Shown here: in pieces, positions 15,350 to 23,401 of the stretch
Position numbering within the stretch: position 1 is the stretch's first letter
How the letters are laid out: each line of letters begins with the position of its first letter
Source: a virus
DNA length: 52,573 nucleotides
Virus record (IMG/VR): IMGVR_UViG_3300045988_103312
Coordinates: 1 to 52,573 of that record
Strand: one strand, 5' to 3'
The notes under the pieces: model-generated
Database searches by the model: none
What the model saw: the letters and a program-made list of their open reading frames with translations, nothing else
What the model was told of the DNA's origin: nothing
Position numbers and translations under genes: made by a program

Positions 15350-15730
15350 TCAGCCTCCCATCCGCTCGCGCAGCTTCTGCGCGAGAATTTCGCGGGCCGC
15401 ATTTGCCGTCGCAGGGCTTTCCATCACCGATTCCAGGTATTTCGCCTGCCGTCCGTTGGGATGGTTGAGTTCAACGCCCTCATGCTGATAGTGGGCATAG
15501 ATCGTGTTGAAATAGCCGATGGTCGCCGTGTCGCCTTCGACCTCGACGCGCGAATTTTCGATCAGCGTGCCATCACGCAGTGGCGCGATGGCGTTGGACT
15601 CGGCCTTGATGTAATCGCCCAGCTCCGCGACCGCATCCCGCGCCGCCGCCTCGGCGAGGGCGACGGTCGCGGTTGCGTCAATGGATACATCGTAGGAAAA
15701 GCAGCCCATGTTTTTCGTATGCGCCGGCAT
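15350..15730 (-). CDS. Head-tail joining protein (HK97 gp10-like)
   Basis: Start set at ATG 15730 (MPAHTKN...), 1 nt after upstream stop; FNTIYAHYQHEGVELNH resembles gp10-family YA..vE.G motif. Confidence 0.55.
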   Translation of the reverse strand: MPAHTKNMGCFSYDVSIDATATVALAEAAARDAVAELGDYIKAESNAIAPLRDGTLIENSRVEVEGDTATIGYFNTIYAHYQHEGVELNHPNGRQAKYLESVMESPATANAAREILAQKLRERMGG

Positions 15731-15731
15731 G

Positions 15732-16052
15732 CTATCCGCCCTCTTTCTTCGCGAGAATTTCGAGGTGATGGATTTTGGCATAGCCGCGCATGGCCTGCAC
15801 CTCGGAGACGACGAAATGCTCCATACCGATCTCAAGCCGGTCGCCGGGTGAAATTCCGAGCGCGGCGGCGGAGCCGGGCGCAAATACAAGTGTATCTGCG
15901 CTCAGCATGACGCTTTTTCCATCGCTGAGGCTCCGACTGCGCGTCGGCTGTGTCCGACAGGCAAATTCGGCGGATTCCGCCGCGTATGCGGGTTTTCCGC
16001 CCTGCTGTCCAGTGCGCTTATAGTACTGCGCCCGCTCGTTGAGTCCAAACAT
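15732..16052 (-). CDS. Head closure / head-tail adaptor protein
   Basis: 106 aa, size and position after connector gene. Confidence 0.5.
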   Translation of the reverse strand: MFGLNERAQYYKRTGQQGGKPAYAAESAEFACRTQPTRSRSLSDGKSVMLSADTLVFAPGSAAALGISPGDRLEIGMEHFVVSEVQAMRGYAKIHHLEILAKKEGG

Positions 16053-16054
16053 GG

Positions 16055-16366
16055 CTACAGCCTCCTCGCAACGGGCAGCGTATGCCGGATAAGTCCTGCG
16101 TTAAAGAGATACGCATAGGCCGCAGGGCAGATCGTCTGCTGCGTGTAACCTGCGCTCTGGGCTGTCTCAGCGGTGACGGAATAATTGCCGATGGAAAAGC
16201 TCGATACGCCGGGCGGGAGCGCATCCTCGCCGTCGAATGCGCTCTCGTACTCCGCCTGCACCTGCACGGCCTTTAGAAATGCGGCCTCCTGCTCGTCCGT
16301 CGCCGGTCGTCTCGGGTAGATGTACGCGGTCAGGCGCTCGCGCACATGCTCCGCGTTGATCGCCAC
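16055..16366 (-). CDS. Head-tail connector (gp6-like)
   Basis: 103 aa immediately after the capsid gene. Confidence 0.5.
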   Translation of the reverse strand: MAINAEHVRERLTAYIYPRRPATDEQEAAFLKAVQVQAEYESAFDGEDALPPGVSSFSIGNYSVTAETAQSAGYTQQTICPAAYAYLFNAGLIRHTLPVARRL

Positions 16367-16370
16367 GGCC

Positions 16371-17489
16371 TTAGCCCATCACGCGGACGGCCAGCTCCGG
16401 GTAGATGGTCTTGTAGCCGTAAAGCACGTCCATCGAGTAGGTGGAGCGCTTGTACTTCTGGTCATAGCCCTTCGTAACGCGGAGGGAGATGCCGTTGTAG
16501 CTGGTGACGTAGCTCTGCACGCCCTGACCGTCGGGATCGATGAGCGGACGGGTGACGTAGGCAAAAGCCATCGGGCAGAACACGAGGTTGGCCGCATGGC
16601 TGGCGGCGATGGTGACGTTGGTGCTGGTGGTGCCGGACTTCTTCAGCGCCGGATAAATCTTGACGCCGGCGATGGCGTTGGAGGCTGCGGCGGCGGTGTC
16701 CTCAGTGACCACATAGGTGCCGCCGAGGATGGTCAGCACGTCGCCCTTGACAAGCTTGCCGGTCAGCGTGGTGCCGGTCAGGCCGATGGTGGTGGAGCCT
16801 GCGGCGGCGCTGGCAGACAGCTTTACGCCCTCCTGCGCGGTGATGCCGGAGGCGTGAGTCTGCACGCCCTGCGCCATGTAGTTGTCGATGCCGTACACGC
16901 GGCCGATGGAGCCTTCGCGCAGCGCCTGAGTCGTGCCGGACTTCTCCGCGTTGACGAGCGCGGGAATCTGGGTAAATTTCGCGTCGGCCTCGGGACTCCA
17001 CACGCCGACGCGGCCGCTGACAGGGGCCTTGTTGACGTTGAGCATCTTGCGGGCCTCGGCAAACGCCGCGAGGGAATCGGGCGTAGTGCCGGCAGTGCCG
17101 ACGGCGTAGGGCACGTCCTTGTAGAGGGCGAGGCCGTCGGCGTTGATCCTCTCGGCCAGCGCCACCGCCGCAGGCTCGATGAACACGCGATCGAGATCGG
17201 AGATGTTCACGGCGGTTTCGATGGCGGAGGCCTTCGCGTCCACGGTCGCCAGCTTGTCCAGCTTGACGAGGACGCTGGTCTCCTTCATGTCCTGATATTC
17301 CACGCCGGAGGCCTCGTTAAAATCCTTGGCTTCAAGGACGTTGGGTTTACGCACCTGGATCGTATCGCCGAGGTCGGAAAAGTCCCCGGAGAAGTCGCGA
17401 TAGCACAGATTCGGGAACACGAGGTTCTCGATCAGGCGGGGCAGGGCGCGTCTTGCGATGGTCTGGAGGGTAATAAATTCATTGGGCAT
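16371..17489 (-). CDS. Major capsid protein (P22-coat/gp5-like family by eye)
   Basis: 372 aa after the scaffold gene; N-terminus MPNEFITLQTIARRALPRLIENLVFPNLCYRDFSGDFSDLGDTIQVRKP typical of this coat family. Confidence 0.85.
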   Translation of the reverse strand: MPNEFITLQTIARRALPRLIENLVFPNLCYRDFSGDFSDLGDTIQVRKPNVLEAKDFNEASGVEYQDMKETSVLVKLDKLATVDAKASAIETAVNISDLDRVFIEPAAVALAERINADGLALYKDVPYAVGTAGTTPDSLAAFAEARKMLNVNKAPVSGRVGVWSPEADAKFTQIPALVNAEKSGTTQALREGSIGRVYGIDNYMAQGVQTHASGITAQEGVKLSASAAAGSTTIGLTGTTLTGKLVKGDVLTILGGTYVVTEDTAAAASNAIAGVKIYPALKKSGTTSTNVTIAASHAANLVFCPMAFAYVTRPLIDPDGQGVQSYVTSYNGISLRVTKGYDQKYKRSTYSMDVLYGYKTIYPELAVRVMG

Positions 17490-17521
17490 ATGGTTTCATT
17501 CCTTTCTTCTGGTTGCGGCGG

Positions 17522-18160
17522 TCACTTCTGGCCGCCGGTCTTGTAGGTGGCTGCGTAGTATTCCGCGTCGGACATCTTCGCGTAGTCCGGCGCATTGCCG
17601 GCGCGCACCGTCACGCCGCTCTGGCGCAGGCGCTCGTCCACGCCCTGCTGCACGGCCTCGCGAAACGCCTTTTCCACCGTGTCGATGGAGGTGTGGCACG
17701 CGTCCGCGTCCGTGTAGTTGAGCACGATTTCGAGGCTCGTGGGCAGGCCGCGCTTGCGGAGGTCTTCAATGGCCGTGGCACGCAGCTCGCGGCGGTTGAG
17801 TTCCGCTTCGCGCTGGGCGATAGCGGCCTCGCGATCCTTGGCTGCCTGTTCCACGCGCTGGCGCTCATGCTCGGCGCGCTGGGCCTCGTTCATCTGGGCC
17901 AGCTTCTCGGCCTCGCTGCGGGCCTCTTCCCGGGCCTGCTCGATGCGCTTCTCCGTGTCGCGCCTCTCGCGCGCCAGACGCTGTTTGACGGCGCTGTCGA
18001 TGGAGGCCTGCAATTCCTCCTCTGTGTAGGTGCGAGGCTGTTCTGAGGCCTCCTGCGCGCCCTGAGCGGCATTCTCGCCGCTCGCATTGGAATCAGCGCC
18101 GTTTTCCTCTCCAAAGAGCTGGAGATTGATAGGGTTAAAAAAGTCCTTCGCACTGTTCAT
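17522..18160 (-). CDS. Scaffolding protein
   Basis: Start set at ATG 18160 (GGAGAA SD); NLQLFGEE N-terminal motif, long charged coiled coil (REEARSEAEKLAQMNEAQRAEHERQRVEQAAKDREAAIAQREAEL). Confidence 0.75.
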   Translation of the reverse strand: MNSAKDFFNPINLQLFGEENGADSNASGENAAQGAQEASEQPRTYTEEELQASIDSAVKQRLARERRDTEKRIEQAREEARSEAEKLAQMNEAQRAEHERQRVEQAAKDREAAIAQREAELNRRELRATAIEDLRKRGLPTSLEIVLNYTDADACHTSIDTVEKAFREAVQQGVDERLRQSGVTVRAGNAPDYAKMSDAEYYAATYKTGGQK

Positions 18161-18332
18161 GGTTAGTTCTCCTTCCGTTTTACGCCCGTCGGCTATTCCG
18201 CAGATTGGCCGCTGCGTCCGGCTTGATTTTTGAGGTCTTTTCCGCTTGATCAGGGCGGAAAAGGGTATGCAAAAGCCGCCGGGAGAGTGATCGGCTCTCC
18301 TCGGCGGCTTAATGCCGTTGGGGTTTATTGAG

Positions 18333-18692
18333 TTAAAGCGCGTCCGCAGCCTCAAAGGCCGCATGCAGCTTGGGGGCCTGAAGGGCGATCCAGTCGATCA
18401 TTTCCTCATTTTCGGCCCAGCCCATGTTGGTGATCCGGCCGGAGCTGCTGTCGAGGCCGCTCTCAAACAGAAACGCGTGGACGATCTCATGGCGCAGCGT
18501 CGCCTTTTCGCACATCGCGTGGGCAAAATCATCATCGTCGGCAAACGCCGGATGCGTGTCCGCGGAGCAGATGACGAGCTGCTTGCCGAGCTTGTCGCAG
18601 TAGGCGTTGCATCCGTGGGCCTCGAAATACGGATCGTCCGTGTAATTCTTGCGGATGACATCGTATTCAGTGCCCAGAATGGACAATTTCAT
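18333..18692 (-). CDS. Small HExxH metallopeptidase-like protein
   Basis: ATLRHEIVHAFLFESG motif; 119 aa; GGAGG SD; lies between MuF and scaffold genes. Confidence 0.5.
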   Translation of the reverse strand: MKLSILGTEYDVIRKNYTDDPYFEAHGCNAYCDKLGKQLVICSADTHPAFADDDDFAHAMCEKATLRHEIVHAFLFESGLDSSSGRITNMGWAENEEMIDWIALQAPKLHAAFEAADAL

Positions 18693-18714
18693 GGTGCTTC
18701 CTCCTTTTCAGGGC

Positions 18715-18748
18715 ATAGAAAAACCGCCTCGCTTGCGCTGGGCGGTTT
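18715..18748 (-). terminator. Intrinsic-terminator-like hairpin inside the head operon
   Basis: Minus strand aaccgcc-12 nt loop-ggcggtt followed by tttttct, about 25 nt upstream of the ATG at 18692. Confidence 0.45.
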
Positions 18749-18911
18749 AGGTCGGTCGTATGAGCTTTGCGCACTTCGTGGATTCTTGGCAGGCGCGGCC
18801 TTCTCCTGCATCTCTCGAAGGCGCATGCATACGCCCCCTGTCAATACCATCGGCGTGTGGTCGCCGCGAAATTTACCACCTCAAGAATCCCTTTAGTGCA
18901 ATTAAATTATA

Positions 18912-20528
18912 TCAGATTTCGTCTCGCTTGTAAAGCACTTTTTTATTCCGGATGTTCTGCTCCCACTTTTTTCTGTTTGTTTCCATGAAAGTAAGAACGG
19001 AATTCTTATATTCCGGGTTATCCGTGGATGTGCTCAATCGCAATACAAGCCGAAACATTTTATCGTCCTCTTTGATCTCTTTTAAGATCAGGCCCGTATG
19101 AACCTTATCCTCAAGAATATAGTCTGGGCTGCGCAATATTTGAGCGATATAAGAGTAATACCGCTCGTAATCATTCGGGTGACGCTCTTTGATGTGCTGA
19201 ATCCGCTCTTCTGTAATCACGACCTCGTCCGTGGTAATATCCTTGGAGACGCAAGAATATATGCTCCGGTCGATTTTGCAGATGAAATTCACGCTGTTTT
19301 CGCTCGTTTTCGTGGACGCATTCGGCGCATCAGTCTTCGTTATCGCGGGATTAGTGGCGATGTTTTGAATTATACGCCCATTTTCGCCAACTGTAAAGGG
19401 CTTAAGCTTTTTTGCATCCGCGCTGAGGAGCACTCTGCCGCCCTCGCGGTCGTAGCGGCGGGGGAGCTTGGTCTCGCCGGTCAGCGTGCGGAGCTGGCGC
19501 TGCAGCTTATCAATGTGGGCCTTGCACATGCGCTCGTTTTCCGGCGTTGTGGACGCGGCCTGCATGCGCTTCCACTTGCGGATTTCCCGCTCCAATGTGC
19601 GCTGGTGCTGACTGGCCGTGTAGCGCGCCGCGCTCTCCTCCGGCGTGTATTCGCCCATGCCGGCGGTCAGATCGGACACGCCGGGAATGTATGGCTGGAG
19701 CACGTCTGCACAGTTGGGGTGAAACAGGCCCTGATCCATTGCGCCCTGCAATGATGGATGCGTCGGATCGTCGCCGGAAAGCGAAAGGATCACGCCATAC
19801 CATCTCGCGCACAGCGGGCATGCGCCCGGATGCCGGGTGACATAGGCGAGGTCTTGGCCCTTGGCCCGCATGGTGTCGATGGTGGCTTGCAGTCCGGCGC
19901 GGTGGATGGCCGTCCGCATGGCCATGTTGGCGTATTCATACAGGCCCCATTTTCTGCCGGCCTTGTCGGTAAAGCCGGTCACGCCGCTGGCCGCAAACTC
20001 TCTGATCGCCTCCTGCACTTCCGCGTTCAGTTTGGACGCGTTTCCGGGTTCCAGCCACGCGTCCCGCACCTTTTCCACGATCTGGCGGTAGATGTCGTCC
20101 GCGTCACGGCGCATGTGCTTCAGCTCGATTTGAGTGGACTCGTTGACAAGCCGCGTGAGCTCGTCGACGATTTTGATCATTTCCCGCTGCGCTCGCTCCG
20201 CTTCAACCTCCGTCTGCACGGCGAATGCCTCAATTTCATCGGCAATCGTCTCGGCGGTCGCCGCATAGGCCGTCAAAAGCGCCTGACGGGCCGCCTGAGC
20301 GGCTTCCTCTTCGAGCGCTGCGCAGATATTGTCCACGACGCGCGCAAGCTCACGCTGGATTCTGCGGCGCGTCAGTGCGCGATAGCGGCCGTGCTTGAGC
20401 GCCTTGCCGCCGAGCAGTGCGCCGAAGGCCCCGAACAGCTTGAGTTCCGCGTCTGAAAAAGAACTGGCGAACGCGTCCGCGGCCTCCAGAATGCGCCGAG
20501 GCAGGCTCTTACGCCCTCCGTTCGCCAT
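18912..20528 (-). CDS. MuF/SPP1 gp7-family head morphogenesis protein with extra C-terminal nuclease-toxin-like module
   Basis: MuF core (HPGACPLCARWYGVILS, LFHPNCADVLQPYI); last ~165 aa (18915-19409) AT-rich with ITEERIQHIKERHPNDYERYYSYIAQILRSPDYIL. Confidence 0.85.
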   Translation of the reverse strand: MANGGRKSLPRRILEAADAFASSFSDAELKLFGAFGALLGGKALKHGRYRALTRRRIQRELARVVDNICAALEEEAAQAARQALLTAYAATAETIADEIEAFAVQTEVEAERAQREMIKIVDELTRLVNESTQIELKHMRRDADDIYRQIVEKVRDAWLEPGNASKLNAEVQEAIREFAASGVTGFTDKAGRKWGLYEYANMAMRTAIHRAGLQATIDTMRAKGQDLAYVTRHPGACPLCARWYGVILSLSGDDPTHPSLQGAMDQGLFHPNCADVLQPYIPGVSDLTAGMGEYTPEESAARYTASQHQRTLEREIRKWKRMQAASTTPENERMCKAHIDKLQRQLRTLTGETKLPRRYDREGGRVLLSADAKKLKPFTVGENGRIIQNIATNPAITKTDAPNASTKTSENSVNFICKIDRSIYSCVSKDITTDEVVITEERIQHIKERHPNDYERYYSYIAQILRSPDYILEDKVHTGLILKEIKEDDKMFRLVLRLSTSTDNPEYKNSVLTFMETNRKKWEQNIRNKKVLYKRDEI

Positions 20529-20534
20529 TGCTCA

Positions 20535-21965
20535 TTACTCCTCCTCTTTTTTGTCCTGCGTTTTGAGCTGGTCAGAGGTATCGCCCATCAGCATGTTGCC
20601 GTACTGGGTGAGCGGATCGGCGGTGCTCTGGGATTCGCCCTCGATCTTGTTGACTTCCTCCTGCACCATCTCGTCCGTCCAGCCGTCCGCCGCATGGAGC
20701 ATGCGCACCTTGGTCTCGGTGCTGGCGGCTCCGGCGGCCTCGGCGTACTGGGCCATCTGGGCGTTTTCCACGAGGTTCGCGGGCATGGCGCGGGTCATGG
20801 TGATCTTCACGTCGTCCACGTTGAGCGCCGGATGCCCCTGCACCTTGCAAAAATTGGCGAAGAGCTTCAGGCGCGTCTTCAGGCCCTCTATAAACCACTG
20901 CTGCTTGACATTGGTCATCTGCTCAAGGCCCCAGAGCTTGTATTTCATGGCCACGCCGGAGGCGTTGGAGGCGAACTCCCGGTCGGACAAGTCAGGAATC
21001 ATGCTCATCTTGTGGATGTCCGCCACAAGCGCCGTCCGAAGCACCTCCACGTCGCTCTCGGTGAGCGCGCCCTGAAGATACTCGGCCTTGGCTTGCAGGT
21101 CGGGCAGGCAGAGTGCCTTGTCCTCCCGGAGCTGCTGCCACGGCGGGCGGCCCCGCTCGTCGTCCTCGAGGGTACAGCCGGTGAGCAGCAGCAGCTTGTC
21201 CACAAACTGTTCTTTGTCGTTGACGCGGTCGGACTGGAGCTTGTCGTATGCGTCGATGAGCGGCAGCACCCACTCGAAGTCGCCGCGCTCGTCCTCGTCG
21301 TTCCAGTACTCGATCATGGGCACGCCGCCGAAATAATGCTGGGTCTCGCCGACGACCGTGACCGCGCTGGCCGATAGATCGGTCATGTGGCACTCCCGGA
21401 CGCTCCGGTCGCCCATGAGATACACGCGCCAGCCGTCCTGATTGCCCTCTTCGGTGGTGTCCTTGGCATAGTACACGCCAAAGAGCGGCGTGTTGTGGTA
21501 ATCGTCGTCGTAGACGACAAAAGCCTGCTCCGGGGACAGCGCCGCCACGCAGGGAAGCACCTGTCCCTCGTCGTTTTCCGACACATGCACGTATTCCACG
21601 CCGCGTCCGTAGATGGAGGCGTGGCGGGCGTTCTCCGCGTCGATGGAGGAAATAGAGCACTTGCTATACGCGTCCGTGACGGGCTGCAGCGCGTCTTCGC
21701 CGCCGTCCACGGAGTAATTCACGGGCTGTCCGATGAGATAGCCCGTGGCCACGGAGACGATGTAGCGCGCGTAGGGATGGGCGATGCGGTTGTTGGGCAG
21801 GCCCTTCTGCCGGACGCGGCGGGTAATCTCGCTGTCGCCCCGGTAGTAGCCCGCCAGTCTGCCCAGCCGGGGAGCCTCGGCCAGATGCTCCGCCAGCACG
21901 CTGCGCAGCATGGCCGGAGAGGGCATGCCGGCCTCGTCCAGATAGCGCTTGGCGCGTGTAATCAT
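20535..21965 (-). CDS. Portal protein (SPP1 gp6-like)
   Basis: 476 aa between terminase and MuF; NNRIAHPYARYIVSVATGYLIGQPVNYS, acidic C-terminus. Confidence 0.9.
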   Translation of the reverse strand: MITRAKRYLDEAGMPSPAMLRSVLAEHLAEAPRLGRLAGYYRGDSEITRRVRQKGLPNNRIAHPYARYIVSVATGYLIGQPVNYSVDGGEDALQPVTDAYSKCSISSIDAENARHASIYGRGVEYVHVSENDEGQVLPCVAALSPEQAFVVYDDDYHNTPLFGVYYAKDTTEEGNQDGWRVYLMGDRSVRECHMTDLSASAVTVVGETQHYFGGVPMIEYWNDEDERGDFEWVLPLIDAYDKLQSDRVNDKEQFVDKLLLLTGCTLEDDERGRPPWQQLREDKALCLPDLQAKAEYLQGALTESDVEVLRTALVADIHKMSMIPDLSDREFASNASGVAMKYKLWGLEQMTNVKQQWFIEGLKTRLKLFANFCKVQGHPALNVDDVKITMTRAMPANLVENAQMAQYAEAAGAASTETKVRMLHAADGWTDEMVQEEVNKIEGESQSTADPLTQYGNMLMGDTSDQLKTQDKKEEE

Positions 21966-21980
21966 GTTGTCACCTCTTGC

Positions 21981-22184
21981 TTAGTAGATGTCCGAGCGCG
22001 TCGTTGCGACTCTGCGCCCGATTTCCGGCTCCAGCGCATAGCGTGAGGAGTCGATGCAGTTATGCACAATCAGCCCGCCGTTGACAGCGAAATTGTGGAA
22101 ACGCTCGACCTCCATGTTATACACGGGTTCAGCCGATCTGCGCTTCATGGCCTTCACGCGCACGTATTTTTCGTCTTCGCTCAT
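21981..22184 (-). CDS. terL: Terminase large subunit, C-terminal fragment: intein C-half (42 aa, 22059-22184) + 25-aa C-extein (21984-22058)
   Basis: MSEDEKYVRVKAMKRRSAEPVYNMEVERFHNFAVNGGLIVHN / CIDSSRYALEPEIGRRVATTRSDIY; intein blocks F/G ending HN then Cys+1; ATG overlaps methyltransferase stop (ATGA). An upstream TTG at 22247 is an alternative start. Confidence 0.8.
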   Translation of the reverse strand: MSEDEKYVRVKAMKRRSAEPVYNMEVERFHNFAVNGGLIVHNCIDSSRYALEPEIGRRVATTRSDIY

Positions 22185-23401
22185 ATCGCCATTTTCTCCT
22201 GAAGGGTCAGCCACGCCCGAATTTCGTCTGCCTGACGTTTTGGGCAATACAGGCGCTCCGTCACCTTTTTCTGATGTTTTGCTCCTTGCATTAATTGTCG
22301 CTTTTCAATTTCTGCTAGCATTGTAAAACGATCATCATCGATACAATACTCGGAAATGATGATTGGCGCGGTCTGTACATCCGCCCAGTCCAGAAATGCC
22401 GCTCGGTCAAACCGCACGCCGTAGTTGTCTGCGGTGCAGTTATATGGAATATCGCAGTACACCACTGCGTCTCCCGGGATCTTCACATCACGATAATCAA
22501 GTCCAGAAACTTGCAGCCCTTGCAGTCTTTGCAGTCTTTGCAGGCTTTGCAGGCTTTGCAGTCTTTGCAGTCTTTGCAGGCTTTGCAGGCTTTGCAGAAT
22601 CTCCAATGTGTTCAGTTTCTCATTCAACATCGCCCAGGGAATCGTCAGCCCCGGTATGATGGTTTTCATCTTCTCGTAGGCTTCTTCTGTCGGCAGCGCC
22701 CATTGGCTTTCGCCGAAATAATGCCCAGCCATACCGTTGGTTCCCAGCAATCTGTCCACGTCGCTGGCGCGCTTTTCGCTGTCCCGAAGAGCCGCGCGCA
22801 TATATTCGCGGATTTCTTTCGAATGTGCACGAAATACGCTCTTGCGGGTATTCTCTGCGTCAATACTTCCATCCGCGCGTTCAACTGAGGCCGCGCCGCA
22901 TTCTGCGCATAGCCGTCGTGCCTTTCCGCTCAGCACATCCACGTCCCGATTCAGACGATTGAATTCCGCCACAAAGGCCCGCCATGCACTCATGCGCTCG
23001 GCGACTGTGTCTGCGAAAACAAGCTCGTGCAGGCGCTTCTTGAACGGCTCGATTTCCTTCGCGTATAAATATGTATTACCATCGTTCCCGAACGACCAGC
23101 ACAGCCGCACATAAGCGTCCGTATCCTTCAGCCGGAAAAAGTCCTCTCTGGAAATCCAACGCTTTTCTGTTTCCGTCGTGTATTTCCCGGCAATTGCGTC
23201 CATAAATAGTTGCGGCGCGTCACCGTGAAGATCGTTGGCAATGATCCGCTCCCATTTCCCGGACAGCAGCGCCGCATGTGTCACCGCGCAGCCCCCGCAA
23301 AACAAATCGACCAGCGTTCCGCTCCCGGGCAGGTGCTCGATCACCCAGTCTGCAATCGCGTTTTTGCTCCCCTGGTATGGTAAGCCGTATTTCCGTGCCA
23401 T
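22181..23401 (-). CDS. DNA N6-adenine methyltransferase (D12/Dam class), located between the split-intein halves
   Basis: LPYQGSKN, motif I DLFCGGCAV, motif IV VVYCDIPY; own GGAGG SD 5 nt upstream of ATG 23401; contains (LQ[SRG])10 repeat. Confidence 0.85.
   Translation of the reverse strand: MARKYGLPYQGSKNAIADWVIEHLPGSGTLVDLFCGGCAVTHAALLSGKWERIIANDLHGDAPQLFMDAIAGKYTTETEKRWISREDFFRLKDTDAYVRLCWSFGNDGNTYLYAKEIEPFKKRLHELVFADTVAERMSAWRAFVAEFNRLNRDVDVLSGKARRLCAECGAASVERADGSIDAENTRKSVFRAHSKEIREYMRAALRDSEKRASDVDRLLGTNGMAGHYFGESQWALPTEEAYEKMKTIIPGLTIPWAMLNEKLNTLEILQSLQSLQRLQRLQSLQSLQRLQRLQGLQVSGLDYRDVKIPGDAVVYCDIPYNCTADNYGVRFDRAAFLDWADVQTAPIIISEYCIDDDRFTMLAEIEKRQLMQGAKHQKKVTERLYCPKRQADEIRAWLTLQEKMAI
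22510..22599. repeat. Ten tandem 9-bp repeats (cttgcagyc/tttgcagkc) inside the methyltransferase gene
   Basis: Read directly; higher-order 36-bp pattern (gtc,gtc,ggc,ggc) x2; encodes LQSLQSLQRLQRLQSLQSLQRLQRLQGLQ. Confidence 0.95.

Noticed and set aside
22510-22599. The 9-bp tandem array as a CRISPR or other non-coding repeat locus.
   Set aside because: There are no spacers. The units are contiguous, in frame, and translated as part of an otherwise intact methyltransferase ORF.
23341-23401. Explaining the TerL interruption as a simple sequencing frameshift in a contiguous endonuclease-containing intein.
   Set aside because: The 1.2-kb gap is a complete 406-codon ORF in another frame, with its own SD and all methyltransferase motifs. 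No LAGLIDADG/HNH motifs occur in any frame, and the C-half has its own ATG overlapping the upstream stop. One indel cannot restore a continuous intein.
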